64,000 bases of DNA from contig JBOEGF010000001.1 in assembly GCA_050633305.1 (NCBI GenBank), forward strand, positions 172,527-236,526, written 5' to 3'. The translations under genes were made by a program, and so were the position numbers. Positions 1 to 9,424 of this stretch are shown here, piece after piece. Every line of letters starts with the position of its first letter. Position 1 is the stretch's first letter. This DNA is from Nannocystales bacterium. Lineage in GTDB: Bacteria > Myxococcota_A > Polyangia > Nannocystales > Nannocystaceae. The notes under the pieces are model-generated. The model worked only from the letters and a program-made list of their open reading frames with translations, did not search any database and had not been told where the DNA came from.

Positions 1-228
1 TTCACGATTCTCGATCGCGCGCTGGATGACCCAGGGCAGGGCCGGGACTCCGAGATCGCGCTGATCGGTGCGGCAGGAGGCGATCTCGAGCTGTTGACCA
101 AGAACGGCGTCCGCGATCGTTCCCCACGATTCACCGCGGACGGCGGCACGGTGCTGTTTCAGACCCGCGTCGAGATGCCTCGTAGCAGCTGGCGGGTCGA
201 GGTGCCTCGGGGTGTGGCAGTTCGCTGA
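1..228 (+). CDS. Partial (3' end) TolB/PD40-like beta-propeller protein
   Basis: Frame 1 is open from the window edge to TGA at 226-228 and reads ...DSEIALIGAAGGDLELLTKNGVRDRSPRFTADGGTVLFQT..., resembling a PD40 repeat. Confidence 0.6.
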   Translation, partial: FTILDRALDDPGQGRDSEIALIGAAGGDLELLTKNGVRDRSPRFTADGGTVLFQTRVEMPRSSWRVEVPRGVAVR

Positions 229-315
229 CGAGGGCTGCGTCCGACGATAGTTTGATCGATTGAGCCCCGATTCCCACTCACCCGCTGCCGCCGCCAAACG
301 CGGGGGCGTGGTGAT

Positions 316-894
316 ATGGCCGGCCCTCTTCAGATCGAACACCTCGAGCTTGCGCTCGACCCCGAGGCTCCGTTTCACCTCAACTTTGCACGGGCACAGG
401 AAGAGATCTTGACCCTGCTGACGAATGCCGTGATGGCGGTGGCGATCCCCGCGGATGTGCCCGTGTCGGCGGACGGATACAGCGCCCCAACCAGACAAGA
501 CGTCGAGCTGGCGGTCCGGGCCGTGTCGTTGTGCGGGCATGTCCACCTGCCGGGCACGCTGTCCGTGCTCGCGTACGCGGCCCGGAGTCCGAGGCCGGGG
601 CTGCGCCTGGCCGTCGCGGCAGCACTTGAGTTTCGAGCCGACGACCGACCCGAGCTCCTCGCGTCGCTTCTTGCCGACCGCAATGCGCGTGTCAAAGCGC
701 GGGCGTTGTCCGTGCTGGCCCGCCGTCCCGTCCGGCGACGGGTCCGACACCTCGCGGCGCTCAAGCGGCTGCGCGTGGATCCTGACCCGCGGGTGCGGCG
801 TCTCGCGTTGGGGGTCGGTCTGTTGAGGCGCCGGCCGCCGTCGATGTCACCGCGGCAGTACAAGCAGGTTCGCCCGCTTCAGCGGACGATGTAG
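316..894 (+). CDS. HEAT-like repeat protein
   Basis: LLADRNARVKARAL and RVDPDPRVRRLAL are HEAT/PBS-lyase-like repeats. Confidence 0.55.
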   Translation: MAGPLQIEHLELALDPEAPFHLNFARAQEEILTLLTNAVMAVAIPADVPVSADGYSAPTRQDVELAVRAVSLCGHVHLPGTLSVLAYAARSPRPGLRLAVAAALEFRADDRPELLASLLADRNARVKARALSVLARRPVRRRVRHLAALKRLRVDPDPRVRRLALGVGLLRRRPPSMSPRQYKQVRPLQRTM

Positions 895-1475
895 CGGTTC
901 CCCGTGAACCGCATCGACTCGGTGCAGTCGACGTCGTCAACCTCGGTGATGAACTCGTCGAGTCCTTCGAGTTCCACACGTCCGATGAGGCGCAGCATGA
1001 TCGTGCCTTCGATGTCGTAGTCGCTGTCACCGACAGCGTCGATCGACCCTTCGGCCCGGGTCACCTGGAAGCCTGTCGTTGCGAACGAGGTCAGCCGGAT
1101 GACTGCGCCGATGTCGAACGCGCCATCCGCATCCAGTGCTCCGACCGGGTTGGACGCCGCGAACTCAGACGCGATGTCGACGATGCCGTCGGAGACCACC
1201 ACGTCGAACGTCGTCTGAAACGTCGAGGGGTTCCCATTCCTGCCGAACGGAGCGCCTTGACACAGTGTGAGGCCCAACAACGCAGTGTTCACGTCCATGC
1301 ACCCGCAGTCTTCGGCGGTCAGCTGGACCGCGTACACGCCGCTGGGCGCGACACCTTGGGCGTCTCCGACTTCGCTTGCCAGCGCGGAGACCGTCTCGGG
1401 ATCGAGGGGTCCCGCGGGGTCTTCGCTGCACCCCGCCGACACACAAAGCGCGACGAGCAGAAGGCGCGCGGTCAC
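879..1475 (-). CDS. Hypothetical lipoprotein
   Basis: Start re-chosen at GTG 1475, which overlaps the pyrE stop (GTGA); signal peptide VTARLLLVALCVSAGC ends in a lipobox. Confidence 0.7.
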   Translation of the reverse strand: MTARLLLVALCVSAGCSEDPAGPLDPETVSALASEVGDAQGVAPSGVYAVQLTAEDCGCMDVNTALLGLTLCQGAPFGRNGNPSTFQTTFDVVVSDGIVDIASEFAASNPVGALDADGAFDIGAVIRLTSFATTGFQVTRAEGSIDAVGDSDYDIEGTIMLRLIGRVELEGLDEFITEVDDVDCTESMRFTGNRYIVR

Positions 1476-2146
1476 GTCTCGGCCCCGCCGTGCTCGGCCA
1501 GGTACGCCTCGATAGCCGCTTTGCCCTGCTCGTTGAGGACGGTCGTCCCGCCGATCTCCCGACCCACCAGCCATTCGACCATCGCCCGGACCGAGACGAT
1601 CGGCAGCACTGCGATCCCCAGCTCATCGCGGAGCTCGGTGAGCGTGGAGCGGTCGGTCTTCCCTTTCTCTTGACGGTCGACCGCCACGACGACCGCGGTG
1701 ACCTGCACGTCTGCGGTCGACTTCAACAGCGCGACGGACTCGCGGATCGAACGGCCGGAGGTGATCACGTCGTCGACAACGACGACTCGCATCCCCGCTT
1801 CGGGTTGGGTGCCCACGAAGGTGCCCCCCTCGCCATGGTCCTTGGCTTCTTTGCGGTCGAACGAGAACCCAACATCACGGCCATCACCCGCGAGTGCCAT
1901 CGCGGTGGAGACCGCCAGCGGGACACCTTTGTACGAGGGACCAAAGACCAGGTCGCAGGCGACGTCGTTGGCTTTGAGCTGCGCAGCGTAGGCCTGGCCG
2001 AGGCGGGTGATGGCATCCCCCGTCCGCAGCTGTCCGGCATTGACGAAGTACGGTGAGGTCCGCCCCGACTTGAGGGTGAAGGACCCAAAGCGGATCACCT
2101 CGTACTGGACCAGAAGCTCGACGAATGCGGCCTGAAACGCCTCCAC
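1472..2146 (-). CDS. pyrE: Orotate phosphoribosyltransferase
   Basis: FGSFTLKSGRTSPYF, FGPSYKG, RKEAKDHGEGG and PRPP-binding VVVVDDVITSG motifs. Confidence 0.96.
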   Translation of the reverse strand: MEAFQAAFVELLVQYEVIRFGSFTLKSGRTSPYFVNAGQLRTGDAITRLGQAYAAQLKANDVACDLVFGPSYKGVPLAVSTAMALAGDGRDVGFSFDRKEAKDHGEGGTFVGTQPEAGMRVVVVDDVITSGRSIRESVALLKSTADVQVTAVVVAVDRQEKGKTDRSTLTELRDELGIAVLPIVSVRAMVEWLVGREIGGTTVLNEQGKAAIEAYLAEHGGAET

Positions 2147-2159
2147 GTCCGCGAGGGTA

Positions 2160-3575
2160 TCAGCCCCTCGATGGCGGCGTCTTCGGGAGCTCGATCACCA
2201 TGCGCGCGCCCGATGCTCCGTCGATCCGGCTACGGGCCTGGAGGTCGCCGCCGTGCGCCCGAGCGATCTGCCGGGAAAGATAGAGCCCCAACCCTACGCC
2301 GCCTTGGTCCCGGCTGCGCGCTTCGTCCAACCGGCGGAAGGGCTCGAAGACCACCTCGCGGTCGTCGGGGGCGATGCCCCGCCCCTCGTCTTCCACCGCG
2401 ATGACGTAGCCCTGCGTATTCGTCGACACCTCGATGGTCAGCGCACCGTCTGGGCAGGCGCGCCGGGCGTTGCTCAGCAGGTTGCTCAACAGACGCTCCA
2501 ACAGCATCCGGTCGCCCTGAATCGTCGGCGACGGTGTCGAGGTGACGGTGGCTGAGAACCGGTCCGCCATGTGTTCGGACAGTTCATCGAGGCGGACAGG
2601 GCTGACCTCGAGCGCACCGCCCGCGACGGATAGGTCGAGACGGCCCGAGGTCAGCAGGTCTCCGATGAGGGACTCGAGTTCCTGCGCGTCCCGGCCGATG
2701 TCGCTCAGACCCTTGCGCAGTCGCTCGATGTGCTTCGATGCGTCGGGGTCGGTGCCGCCTTTGTCGATCTGGTCGACCCGTCCTTCGAGGATCTCCAGGA
2801 CGACCCGTACCCGGGCGATCGGGGTACGAAGCTCGTGCGACACGTTGGCCAACAGCACCCGCTGACCTCGGATCAAGGCCTCGAGTTTGTCCGCCATGCC
2901 GTTGAAGGACAGCGCGAGCTCGTCGAGTTCGTCAGCCGGCGCGCCCTGGGGGGTGACGACGCGGTGGGAGAGTTCTCCGCCTGCGATTCTCAGGGCGCTC
3001 GCCTCCACCCGGCCAAGCCGGGAGGTCAGAGAGCGCGACAGGGAGCGGGCCCCCAGGCCCAGCAGCAGCAGCATCGCGAGCGCCGAGACGGTCAGTGCAA
3101 TTCCCCGGGGCGGGTCGTTCGGGCGGACCGAGACGATCCCGACTGTGCGGCCGCTGTCGGGGTCCATCAGTGGAAACAGAATGAAGTTGCGGTTCTTCCC
3201 GCGGTGTAGGACCAGCGTCCGCCCCTGTCGGAGGGCTTTGGCGTGTCGTCGTGGATGCCGGGGTGGGGGGCCGTCGTCATGCCCCCGGTGGCGGGTCAGC
3301 GGTCGCCCTTTGGGGTCGGTGATACGGACCCGTGTCCCGAGCGTCTCGCCCATGGCCTCGACCGTCGTCTCCAGCCGCTCGGGATCTCGCAGTGCCTGAA
3401 CGAGGCCGTCGTTCTTCTCCTCGAGGAGTTCGAGCGCCTGCCCGACCCATCGTTCGGACCGCTCCTGCAGGATGAACCACGTCGCGGTGACGCCCACAGC
3501 AGTCCCCGCGAGCACGGTGATGACCACCGTCGCGTAGATCCGCCAGAACAGGCTCGAGCGTCGCCGTTGCTTCAT
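2160..3575 (-). CDS. Sensor histidine kinase (2 TM, HAMP, HisKA, HATPase_c)
   Basis: H-box ANVSHELRTP, N-box NLLSNA, G1 EDEGRGI, G2 GGVGLGL; ATGA overlap with the response regulator. Confidence 0.95.
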   Translation of the reverse strand: MKQRRRSSLFWRIYATVVITVLAGTAVGVTATWFILQERSERWVGQALELLEEKNDGLVQALRDPERLETTVEAMGETLGTRVRITDPKGRPLTRHRGHDDGPPPRHPRRHAKALRQGRTLVLHRGKNRNFILFPLMDPDSGRTVGIVSVRPNDPPRGIALTVSALAMLLLLGLGARSLSRSLTSRLGRVEASALRIAGGELSHRVVTPQGAPADELDELALSFNGMADKLEALIRGQRVLLANVSHELRTPIARVRVVLEILEGRVDQIDKGGTDPDASKHIERLRKGLSDIGRDAQELESLIGDLLTSGRLDLSVAGGALEVSPVRLDELSEHMADRFSATVTSTPSPTIQGDRMLLERLLSNLLSNARRACPDGALTIEVSTNTQGYVIAVEDEGRGIAPDDREVVFEPFRRLDEARSRDQGGVGLGLYLSRQIARAHGGDLQARSRIDGASGARMVIELPKTPPSRG

Positions 3576-4291
3576 CGGTCTGGTCCCAGGACGTACCCGA
3601 CGCCGCGCACCGTCTCGATGAGGTCCTTGCCGTCGGGATGGGCCGTGCCCAGTGCTCCGCGAATCTTACTGAGGTGCACGTCGATCGAGCGGTCCACGCT
3701 GGGGTCGAACTCGACCGGCGGGTCGCCCCGCAGCTCACGAACTCGGTTGTTGAGGTCGCCGCGTTCGAGAACTTTGCCGACGTTGCAGGCCAGGACCCAC
3801 AACAGGTCGAACTGGTACGCGGTCAGTTCGACACGCTCCCCGTGCAGCTCCGCGACCCGCCGCTCGCGGTCGATCGTCAGCGGGCCAGCCTCTGCCGTGG
3901 AGACCGACTCGGCGACGGCAGCCGCGGGGGTGGCCGTGTGGCGTCGTAGGACGGCCCGGATCCGGGCGAGGAGTTCGCGGGGGCTGAACGGCTTGGGGAC
4001 GTAGTCGTCGGCGCCGAGTTCCAGGCCGACCACCCGGTCGACTTCGTCCCCCTTGGCCGTGAGCATGATGACCGGAACCCCGGACTGGGCCCGCAGTTGC
4101 TTGCACACCGCGATCCCGTCCAACCCGGGAAGCATCAGGTCGAGCAGCACGATGTCGTGCTCGCCGGCCAGGGCGCGTTCCAGCCCTGCGGCCCCGTCGC
4201 CCACGACCTCGACCTCCGCTTCCTGGTCCCGCAGGTATTCGGCGGTCACCTCGGCCAGGCGCTCATCGTCCTCGATCAGCAAGATTCGCAC
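3572..4291 (-). CDS. OmpR/PhoB-family response regulator
   Basis: Start re-chosen at GTG (VRILLIEDD); LLDLMLPGLDG, GADDYVPKPF, RSIDVH, IETVRGVGY. Confidence 0.95.
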   Translation of the reverse strand: MRILLIEDDERLAEVTAEYLRDQEAEVEVVGDGAAGLERALAGEHDIVLLDLMLPGLDGIAVCKQLRAQSGVPVIMLTAKGDEVDRVVGLELGADDYVPKPFSPRELLARIRAVLRRHTATPAAAVAESVSTAEAGPLTIDRERRVAELHGERVELTAYQFDLLWVLACNVGKVLERGDLNNRVRELRGDPPVEFDPSVDRSIDVHLSKIRGALGTAHPDGKDLIETVRGVGYVLGPDR

Positions 4292-4436
4292 GTGAGAAGT
4301 GTGCCACCTCGGTGGCGCGGACACCGTAAAGGCGCGGTGAAGGGGCGATGAACGTGCAGTTGCTGCACGAACGAAGGGGGTGCGGGCGCTGCCGCAGCTT
4401 GACACCGGTTTGGGGAGCGGATAGGCCCACATCACC

Positions 4437-4649
4437 GTGGCGTATCTGTGCAGCCAGTGTCACACCCGCATCGAGGGTGGGGGCGAATCCAAAGACGAAC
4501 GGCCGCACCGCTGCCCGCAGTGCGGTGCGGAGGCGGGTTTGGAAAAAGAGAAGGGCATCCCTCCGGCGATGCGCTACTTCGGATTCGTGGTCGTGGGTGC
4601 TGCGGTCGCCGCGGTGAGCGGCGGGATCATCAGTCGAGTTGCGGGCTGA
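4437..4649 (+). CDS. Small zinc-ribbon membrane protein
   Basis: CSQC...CPQC followed by one hydrophobic C-terminal helix. Confidence 0.7.
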   Translation: MAYLCSQCHTRIEGGGESKDERPHRCPQCGAEAGLEKEKGIPPAMRYFGFVVVGAAVAAVSGGIISRVAG

Positions 4650-4757
4650 CCGCACGTGCACGCCCGGCACGCCAGCCGAGTTCGCATGAGAGCACCGGGC
4701 GCGTTCGTCAGGTGTTCTGGGCGGCGAGGACGGTTGTGCTAACTTCGCTTTCAGGCC

Positions 4758-7262
4758 TTGTTCGTACGCTGTTCAAACTGCCAGACCCAGTTCTCGCTCG
4801 ACGATCGGCAGGTCGGCTCCGATGGCGTTGCGGTCCGCTGTGCGGTGTGCCGCTACGTGTTTCGGGTGGAACCGCCGGACGGTAGCTCCGCCCAAGCGTG
4901 GCGCGTGGAGACCGTCGACGGCGACCTCTTCGAAGCTGAAGACATTCCGACGATGAGAGTGTGGATCCGCGAAGGGCGGCTTCACCCGGACGACACCATC
5001 TCTCGGACCGGCAAGCACTGGATTCGACTGGGGGACATGCCGGAGTTCTCGGACGCGTTCGCCGGGTTCCCGGACCTTCCCGTTGTCCTCGGAGCCCCCG
5101 AGGCCGCGCCGATCGAGAGCGAAGAGCTTTCCTCGGTCGGTCCGCCACCGTCCTACGCGGGCGACGACATCCCCACCGCGGGCTCCGACGTGGTCCAGCC
5201 CATGGAGCGGGACCACTCCGAGCGCCTCGACATGTCGGGGTTGTTCCAGAGCGCCGACTTCGATCGAGACTCGGCTGATGAACCCGACGACACGACCGTC
5301 CGTGGGCGCGTCAACGGTCCCAGCGAAGACACGGTCTCCGTTTCGCCCGGAGTCGTGTCTCGAACCTCGCTCTACGAGGATTCGGCGTCGATGGTCCTCG
5401 ATGACCTCGTTGTCCCCGAGCCCGAACCCGAACCCGAGTTCAGAACCGAGCCGGTGTTCGAGCCGGTCCCGGTCCCCGGCGCATCGCGGCGGAAGCCCAA
5501 GCACCAGACGACGAAAGTCCGGATCGTCGCGGGACTCGACAGTGCGGATCCCGAGGCCAGCGGGGTTCTGCGAATCCTCGACGAGAGCGAGGAACCAGAG
5601 GTCGACGCGGTCCAACCAGCCGTGGATTCGAGCGCCGAGCCCAGCGGCGAGACCAGTGGCGAGACCAGACGCCCCAAGATCTCGGGCTCGATGCTGGGGG
5701 CGGTGACGGCCCATGTGAAGAGCGAGCCGGTCAAGGCGATTACCGGTCCGCTGTCGTCGGTCGAAGGCGAACCAGAGCCGGATGTCCCGGTCGTGACGCC
5801 GCCCGCCCCGTCGGCGCCGGTGTCGTCCGAGCTAGCTCTCGACAGCGTCGTTGTCCCCGAGCCGCAGCCCCCACGTCGTTCGTCGTGGCCGCTGTTTGCC
5901 GGGCTTGGGCTGTTGTGTGGCGCCGCGGTGGTGTTCGGGATCCCTCAGGTGCGCGAGCGCGTGCTCGGTACAAGCGGTGCTGCGAGTGCGCCGGACTCCG
6001 ATCCTCAGCCCGTCGCGCTCGCCCAGGTCGACGCTGCCGTGAGTGACGGGACTCTGCGCGAACTCGACATCGCCATCGCGTCCGCGCAGCAGGCGGGGAC
6101 TGAAGAGGGGTTGTCTGCGTCCGCGCGGGCGGATGTCGCGCTTGCGGGCGCCGAGGCTCGAGCCGCGCAGGCGGTGGCGCTTCGGTTGCAGGCGGTTCAT
6201 GGAGCCGACGGCAGTGATGCCGCCTCCCGAGCCGACGACGCTGCGGATGCAGCGGCCCAGGCCTTCGCCGATGTCGACGTCGACCAAGCAGACCCGACGC
6301 GGCTCGCCCGGACTCGTGCTCGGGTTCGACTGGCTCAAGGACGACCCACCGACGAAGTGCTCCCACACGTGCCCGGCGATGCGGTCGAGCTGCGGGCCAT
6401 GGTCATGGGCGCGCAGTTGTGGGCGGATGCGAATGCGCGTGTTCCATCGGGGCTGATCAGTGCTCTCAGTGGGCTGGAGAACCCCTCGGTTCCGGCGCAG
6501 GTCCTGCTCGCGACCGCCTACGCACGCGGAGGCGACAACGTGGGCGCAGCACAGGTCCGCACTGCCCTTGAGACCCGGGCCGCCGATGATCCCACCGTGC
6601 AGGCGCTGCTCGTCGCACACGGTGGCCCGGCGGTTGTCGCCAAGACCCCCACGGAGTCCGACTCTGGCGTTGCCGAGACTCCGGCTGAGACCGGCGCACC
6701 CGCGGATGGTGACTCGGGCGAGGCTCCGTCCGAGTCCGGCGAGCCCGACGAAACGATCATCATCAAGGATGGGCCCAAGGGGGTCTCCGTCGACAAGTTG
6801 ATCGAGCGGGGATGCGAGAAGGTCGAAGGCGGGGACGTGAACGGCGGGCTCAAGCTGCTGCTGCGCGCGTTTGACCGTCGGCCCAACGACATCGACGTCC
6901 TGGTCTGTCTGGGCACAGCAAACCGCAAGAAGGGCATCTCGACGACCGCGCTGCGGTACTTCGAAAAAGCCCTGGCTCGCTCGCCTAGGTTCATGCCGGC
7001 GTTGCTTGGCGCGGCCCGAGCAGCGACGAAGCTCGGCGAGAAGGACAAGGCGCTGAGGTTCTACAAGCGAGTGCTCGGCGTCTCTCCGAGCCACGCCGAA
7101 GCCAAGAGTTTCGTGGCAAAACAGAACGCGGCGGGGAAGAAACCATCTCCCCCCTCCGACTCCAAGAAGCCCGAGCCCTCGGGCGGGGGCGACACGCCCA
7201 AGAAGAAACCCGAGCCCCCGTCGGGTGATCGCAAACCCGAACCCCCGTCGCCCGCACCATGA
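4758..7262 (+). CDS. Zinc-ribbon (MJ0042-like)/GYF_2-like, TM, C-terminal TPR protein
   Basis: TTG start; CSNC...VRCAVCRYVF, WIREGRLHPDD...W.RLGDMPEF, acidic Pro-rich linker, TM WPLFAGLGLLCGAAVVFGI, C-terminal TPR helices. Confidence 0.8.
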   Translation: MFVRCSNCQTQFSLDDRQVGSDGVAVRCAVCRYVFRVEPPDGSSAQAWRVETVDGDLFEAEDIPTMRVWIREGRLHPDDTISRTGKHWIRLGDMPEFSDAFAGFPDLPVVLGAPEAAPIESEELSSVGPPPSYAGDDIPTAGSDVVQPMERDHSERLDMSGLFQSADFDRDSADEPDDTTVRGRVNGPSEDTVSVSPGVVSRTSLYEDSASMVLDDLVVPEPEPEPEFRTEPVFEPVPVPGASRRKPKHQTTKVRIVAGLDSADPEASGVLRILDESEEPEVDAVQPAVDSSAEPSGETSGETRRPKISGSMLGAVTAHVKSEPVKAITGPLSSVEGEPEPDVPVVTPPAPSAPVSSELALDSVVVPEPQPPRRSSWPLFAGLGLLCGAAVVFGIPQVRERVLGTSGAASAPDSDPQPVALAQVDAAVSDGTLRELDIAIASAQQAGTEEGLSASARADVALAGAEARAAQAVALRLQAVHGADGSDAASRADDAADAAAQAFADVDVDQADPTRLARTRARVRLAQGRPTDEVLPHVPGDAVELRAMVMGAQLWADANARVPSGLISALSGLENPSVPAQVLLATAYARGGDNVGAAQVRTALETRAADDPTVQALLVAHGGPAVVAKTPTESDSGVAETPAETGAPADGDSGEAPSESGEPDETIIIKDGPKGVSVDKLIERGCEKVEGGDVNGGLKLLLRAFDRRPNDIDVLVCLGTANRKKGISTTALRYFEKALARSPRFMPALLGAARAATKLGEKDKALRFYKRVLGVSPSHAEAKSFVAKQNAAGKKPSPPSDSKKPEPSGGGDTPKKKPEPPSGDRKPEPPSPAP

Positions 7263-7543
7263 GCAACGCATCCGACGTCACCCGCGAAGAGATCGTGGCG
7301 CTTCGCGCCCAGCGCCAAGCCGACGGAGACTCGTTGATGGGCGAGGAGCGGGAGCGACAGCGGACCCTTCACTGGATGCGCTGCTGCAAGTGCGGCTCGG
7401 AGATGGACGAAATCGTCTTTCGCGGCGTACGGGTCGACAAGTGTCTGCGGTGTGGTGGGATCTATCTCGACGACGGCGAGCTGGAGCAGCTTGTCGGCAA
7501 GCCGGGTTGGATCGAAGCGTTGCGCTCGTTCTTCGGGAGCTAG
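7259..7543 (+). CDS. zf-TFIIB-like zinc-finger protein
   Basis: MRCCKCGSEM...VDKCLRCGGIYLDDGELEQL; ATGA overlap with the upstream gene. Confidence 0.8.
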   Translation: MSNASDVTREEIVALRAQRQADGDSLMGEERERQRTLHWMRCCKCGSEMDEIVFRGVRVDKCLRCGGIYLDDGELEQLVGKPGWIEALRSFFGS

Positions 7544-7701
7544 AGCGGCGGTCCGTTTGAAGTCGGCCTGCAACGCACGCCACAGAGCACGTCTGGCTGC
7601 GTGACTCGGCGCTCGACCCAAGTCCGCCTTCGGCCTCCCGCCTTGCCAAAAGCGCCCAGCGACTCACTCTGCAGGCCGTTCTGAACGATCGCCGCTCGAG
7701 C
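7539..7701. repeat. ~160-bp element bounded by long imperfect inverted repeats (MITE/REP-like)
   Basis: Left GCTAGAGCGGCGGTC..CGGCCTGCA pairs with right TGCAGGCCG..GATCGCCGCTCGAGC; internal hairpins; lies between convergent genes. Confidence 0.55.
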
Positions 7702-7707
7702 GCCCGA

Positions 7708-9363
7708 CTACGCGTCGACGTCTGCGGCGGAGGTCTTCAGCAGGGCCGCGAGGCGGGGGGCATCGAGGTCGGCCAGGTCGGCTCCGAGGTCGACTTCGAC
7801 GCCCGCGTCCCAGTAGCGGGCCTTTGCGCCCGTGAAGGGTTGCAGCGCGTCGAGTTGCGCGTCGTCGACCTCTTCGAGACGACGAATGTCGCCGACCGCC
7901 CGGTGGGTCAGCGCCAGCTCATGCGCAGGACGAGGCCCGCCGCCTCCCGAGCTTGGCGTCAGCTCCAGCACTGGGCGACCGCGGCCGATGATGCCGACCT
8001 GGAACGAAACCTGCCAGCCGCCCCCGCGTCGGGGTCGCGCGCGGAGCTTGAGTGCCGCGTCGCCCAGGTCACCGCGCACCGACACAGCGGTGCCCTCAAT
8101 CGTCACTGGGGCCGGGAGATCGAGGAGATCGGCGGTGTCTCGAAGGATGTCCTCGATGGGCACGTCCGATGTCGATGCCTCGAGGCCCTCGCTCGAGGAG
8201 GACCGAAGCAGCGTGTGCACCACGAGCAGCAGCGCGGCGCAGGCCATGAGGGCGAGTTGTGGGTTCGAGACGCCGATCCCGGTGACTGCGTAGAGCCCCA
8301 ATGCGAGCCCGCGCAATCGTTCATCCCACGAGAGCAGGCCGCCGTAGACGACCGACAACATGAAGAACACCGCAACGCAGACCATCACGACCCGCCACGA
8401 GGCGACGAAGGTCGGGTAGGGCAGGGAGAAGCCGAACAGGGATTGGGCGATGCCGCCGACGCCGTCTTCGAGCTTCCCGAACCCGAGCGGATGCACGTAG
8501 ACCATGTACAGCAGAGCGGTGACGAACGCGGAGAGCGCGATGACGACGAACCGAACCGGCCGTGGCATCTGCGGCCGGAACGCCCAGAAGGCGACCGCGG
8601 ATGCGACGACCACTGCGCCCATCACCGCAGTCCGGGCCGCATCCGGGATCGGCGAGCCCGTGAGGCTGGCAGGGAGGCCGACCGCGACGCGTAGCAACAA
8701 AGGCACCATCACCGCGATCGCGAGGATGCGAGCCATCCGCTGGCGGTCATCGTGTTGGGCCCAGGTGCCGACCAGCGCGATGGCCGGTGCCGTGAGAGCG
8801 AGCGCCATCGCGATCTGCAAAGCGAGAGCCGGGATGCGAATCCCGACGCCTGGCTGCTCGAGGACGTGAATCGAGAAGAGTCCGATTCCGCCGAGGAGCG
8901 CGGGGATGCCGACCACCCACCGACGAGCGCCGAGGTCTTCGTCCCGAGACCAACCCCAGCCCAGCGACACGCACGCCGCTGCACACAGGAACGTGATGAA
9001 GTGATGCAGGATGAACTCGCCGTGGTAGGCGAGGCCCAAGCGTGTTGTCTTGGTGATCAGCGCGATGAGGAGCGAGAGCTCCAGGGTGAGGAACGCGATC
9101 GATGCGACGAGCGGGCGCTTGCGGAGGCCCCACAACACGCCGGTCGCGACGGTCGTTCCGAGCGCGCCGATCAGGTACAGCCGGGAGCCCTCGTCCGCCG
9201 CGCGCTGAATGGCTTCGAGCGGCGCGAGGCCCAGGAGCAGCGTCGCCAAGACCTGGAACGCCGCGGCGACCAGGGCGAAGCCGACGAAGGTCGCAGCGGG
9301 AGCGAGTCGCGGGTGCGGCACAGGCTCCTGACGATCTAGCATCGCGAACGGCTGTGCGCGCAT
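7708..9363 (-). CDS. Multi-pass membrane protein of unknown function
   Basis: Roughly a dozen hydrophobic helices and a soluble C-terminal domain; start uncertain (ATG 9363 chosen to avoid overlapping the amidase). Confidence 0.7.
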   Translation of the reverse strand: MRAQPFAMLDRQEPVPHPRLAPAATFVGFALVAAAFQVLATLLLGLAPLEAIQRAADEGSRLYLIGALGTTVATGVLWGLRKRPLVASIAFLTLELSLLIALITKTTRLGLAYHGEFILHHFITFLCAAACVSLGWGWSRDEDLGARRWVVGIPALLGGIGLFSIHVLEQPGVGIRIPALALQIAMALALTAPAIALVGTWAQHDDRQRMARILAIAVMVPLLLRVAVGLPASLTGSPIPDAARTAVMGAVVVASAVAFWAFRPQMPRPVRFVVIALSAFVTALLYMVYVHPLGFGKLEDGVGGIAQSLFGFSLPYPTFVASWRVVMVCVAVFFMLSVVYGGLLSWDERLRGLALGLYAVTGIGVSNPQLALMACAALLLVVHTLLRSSSSEGLEASTSDVPIEDILRDTADLLDLPAPVTIEGTAVSVRGDLGDAALKLRARPRRGGGWQVSFQVGIIGRGRPVLELTPSSGGGGPRPAHELALTHRAVGDIRRLEEVDDAQLDALQPFTGAKARYWDAGVEVDLGADLADLDAPRLAALLKTSAADVDA

Positions 9364-9424
9364 CGCCAGACCCTGTTTGCGGATAATTTCCTCGGTTCCG
9401 GGTCGGTGTCCTACATGTATGGGT

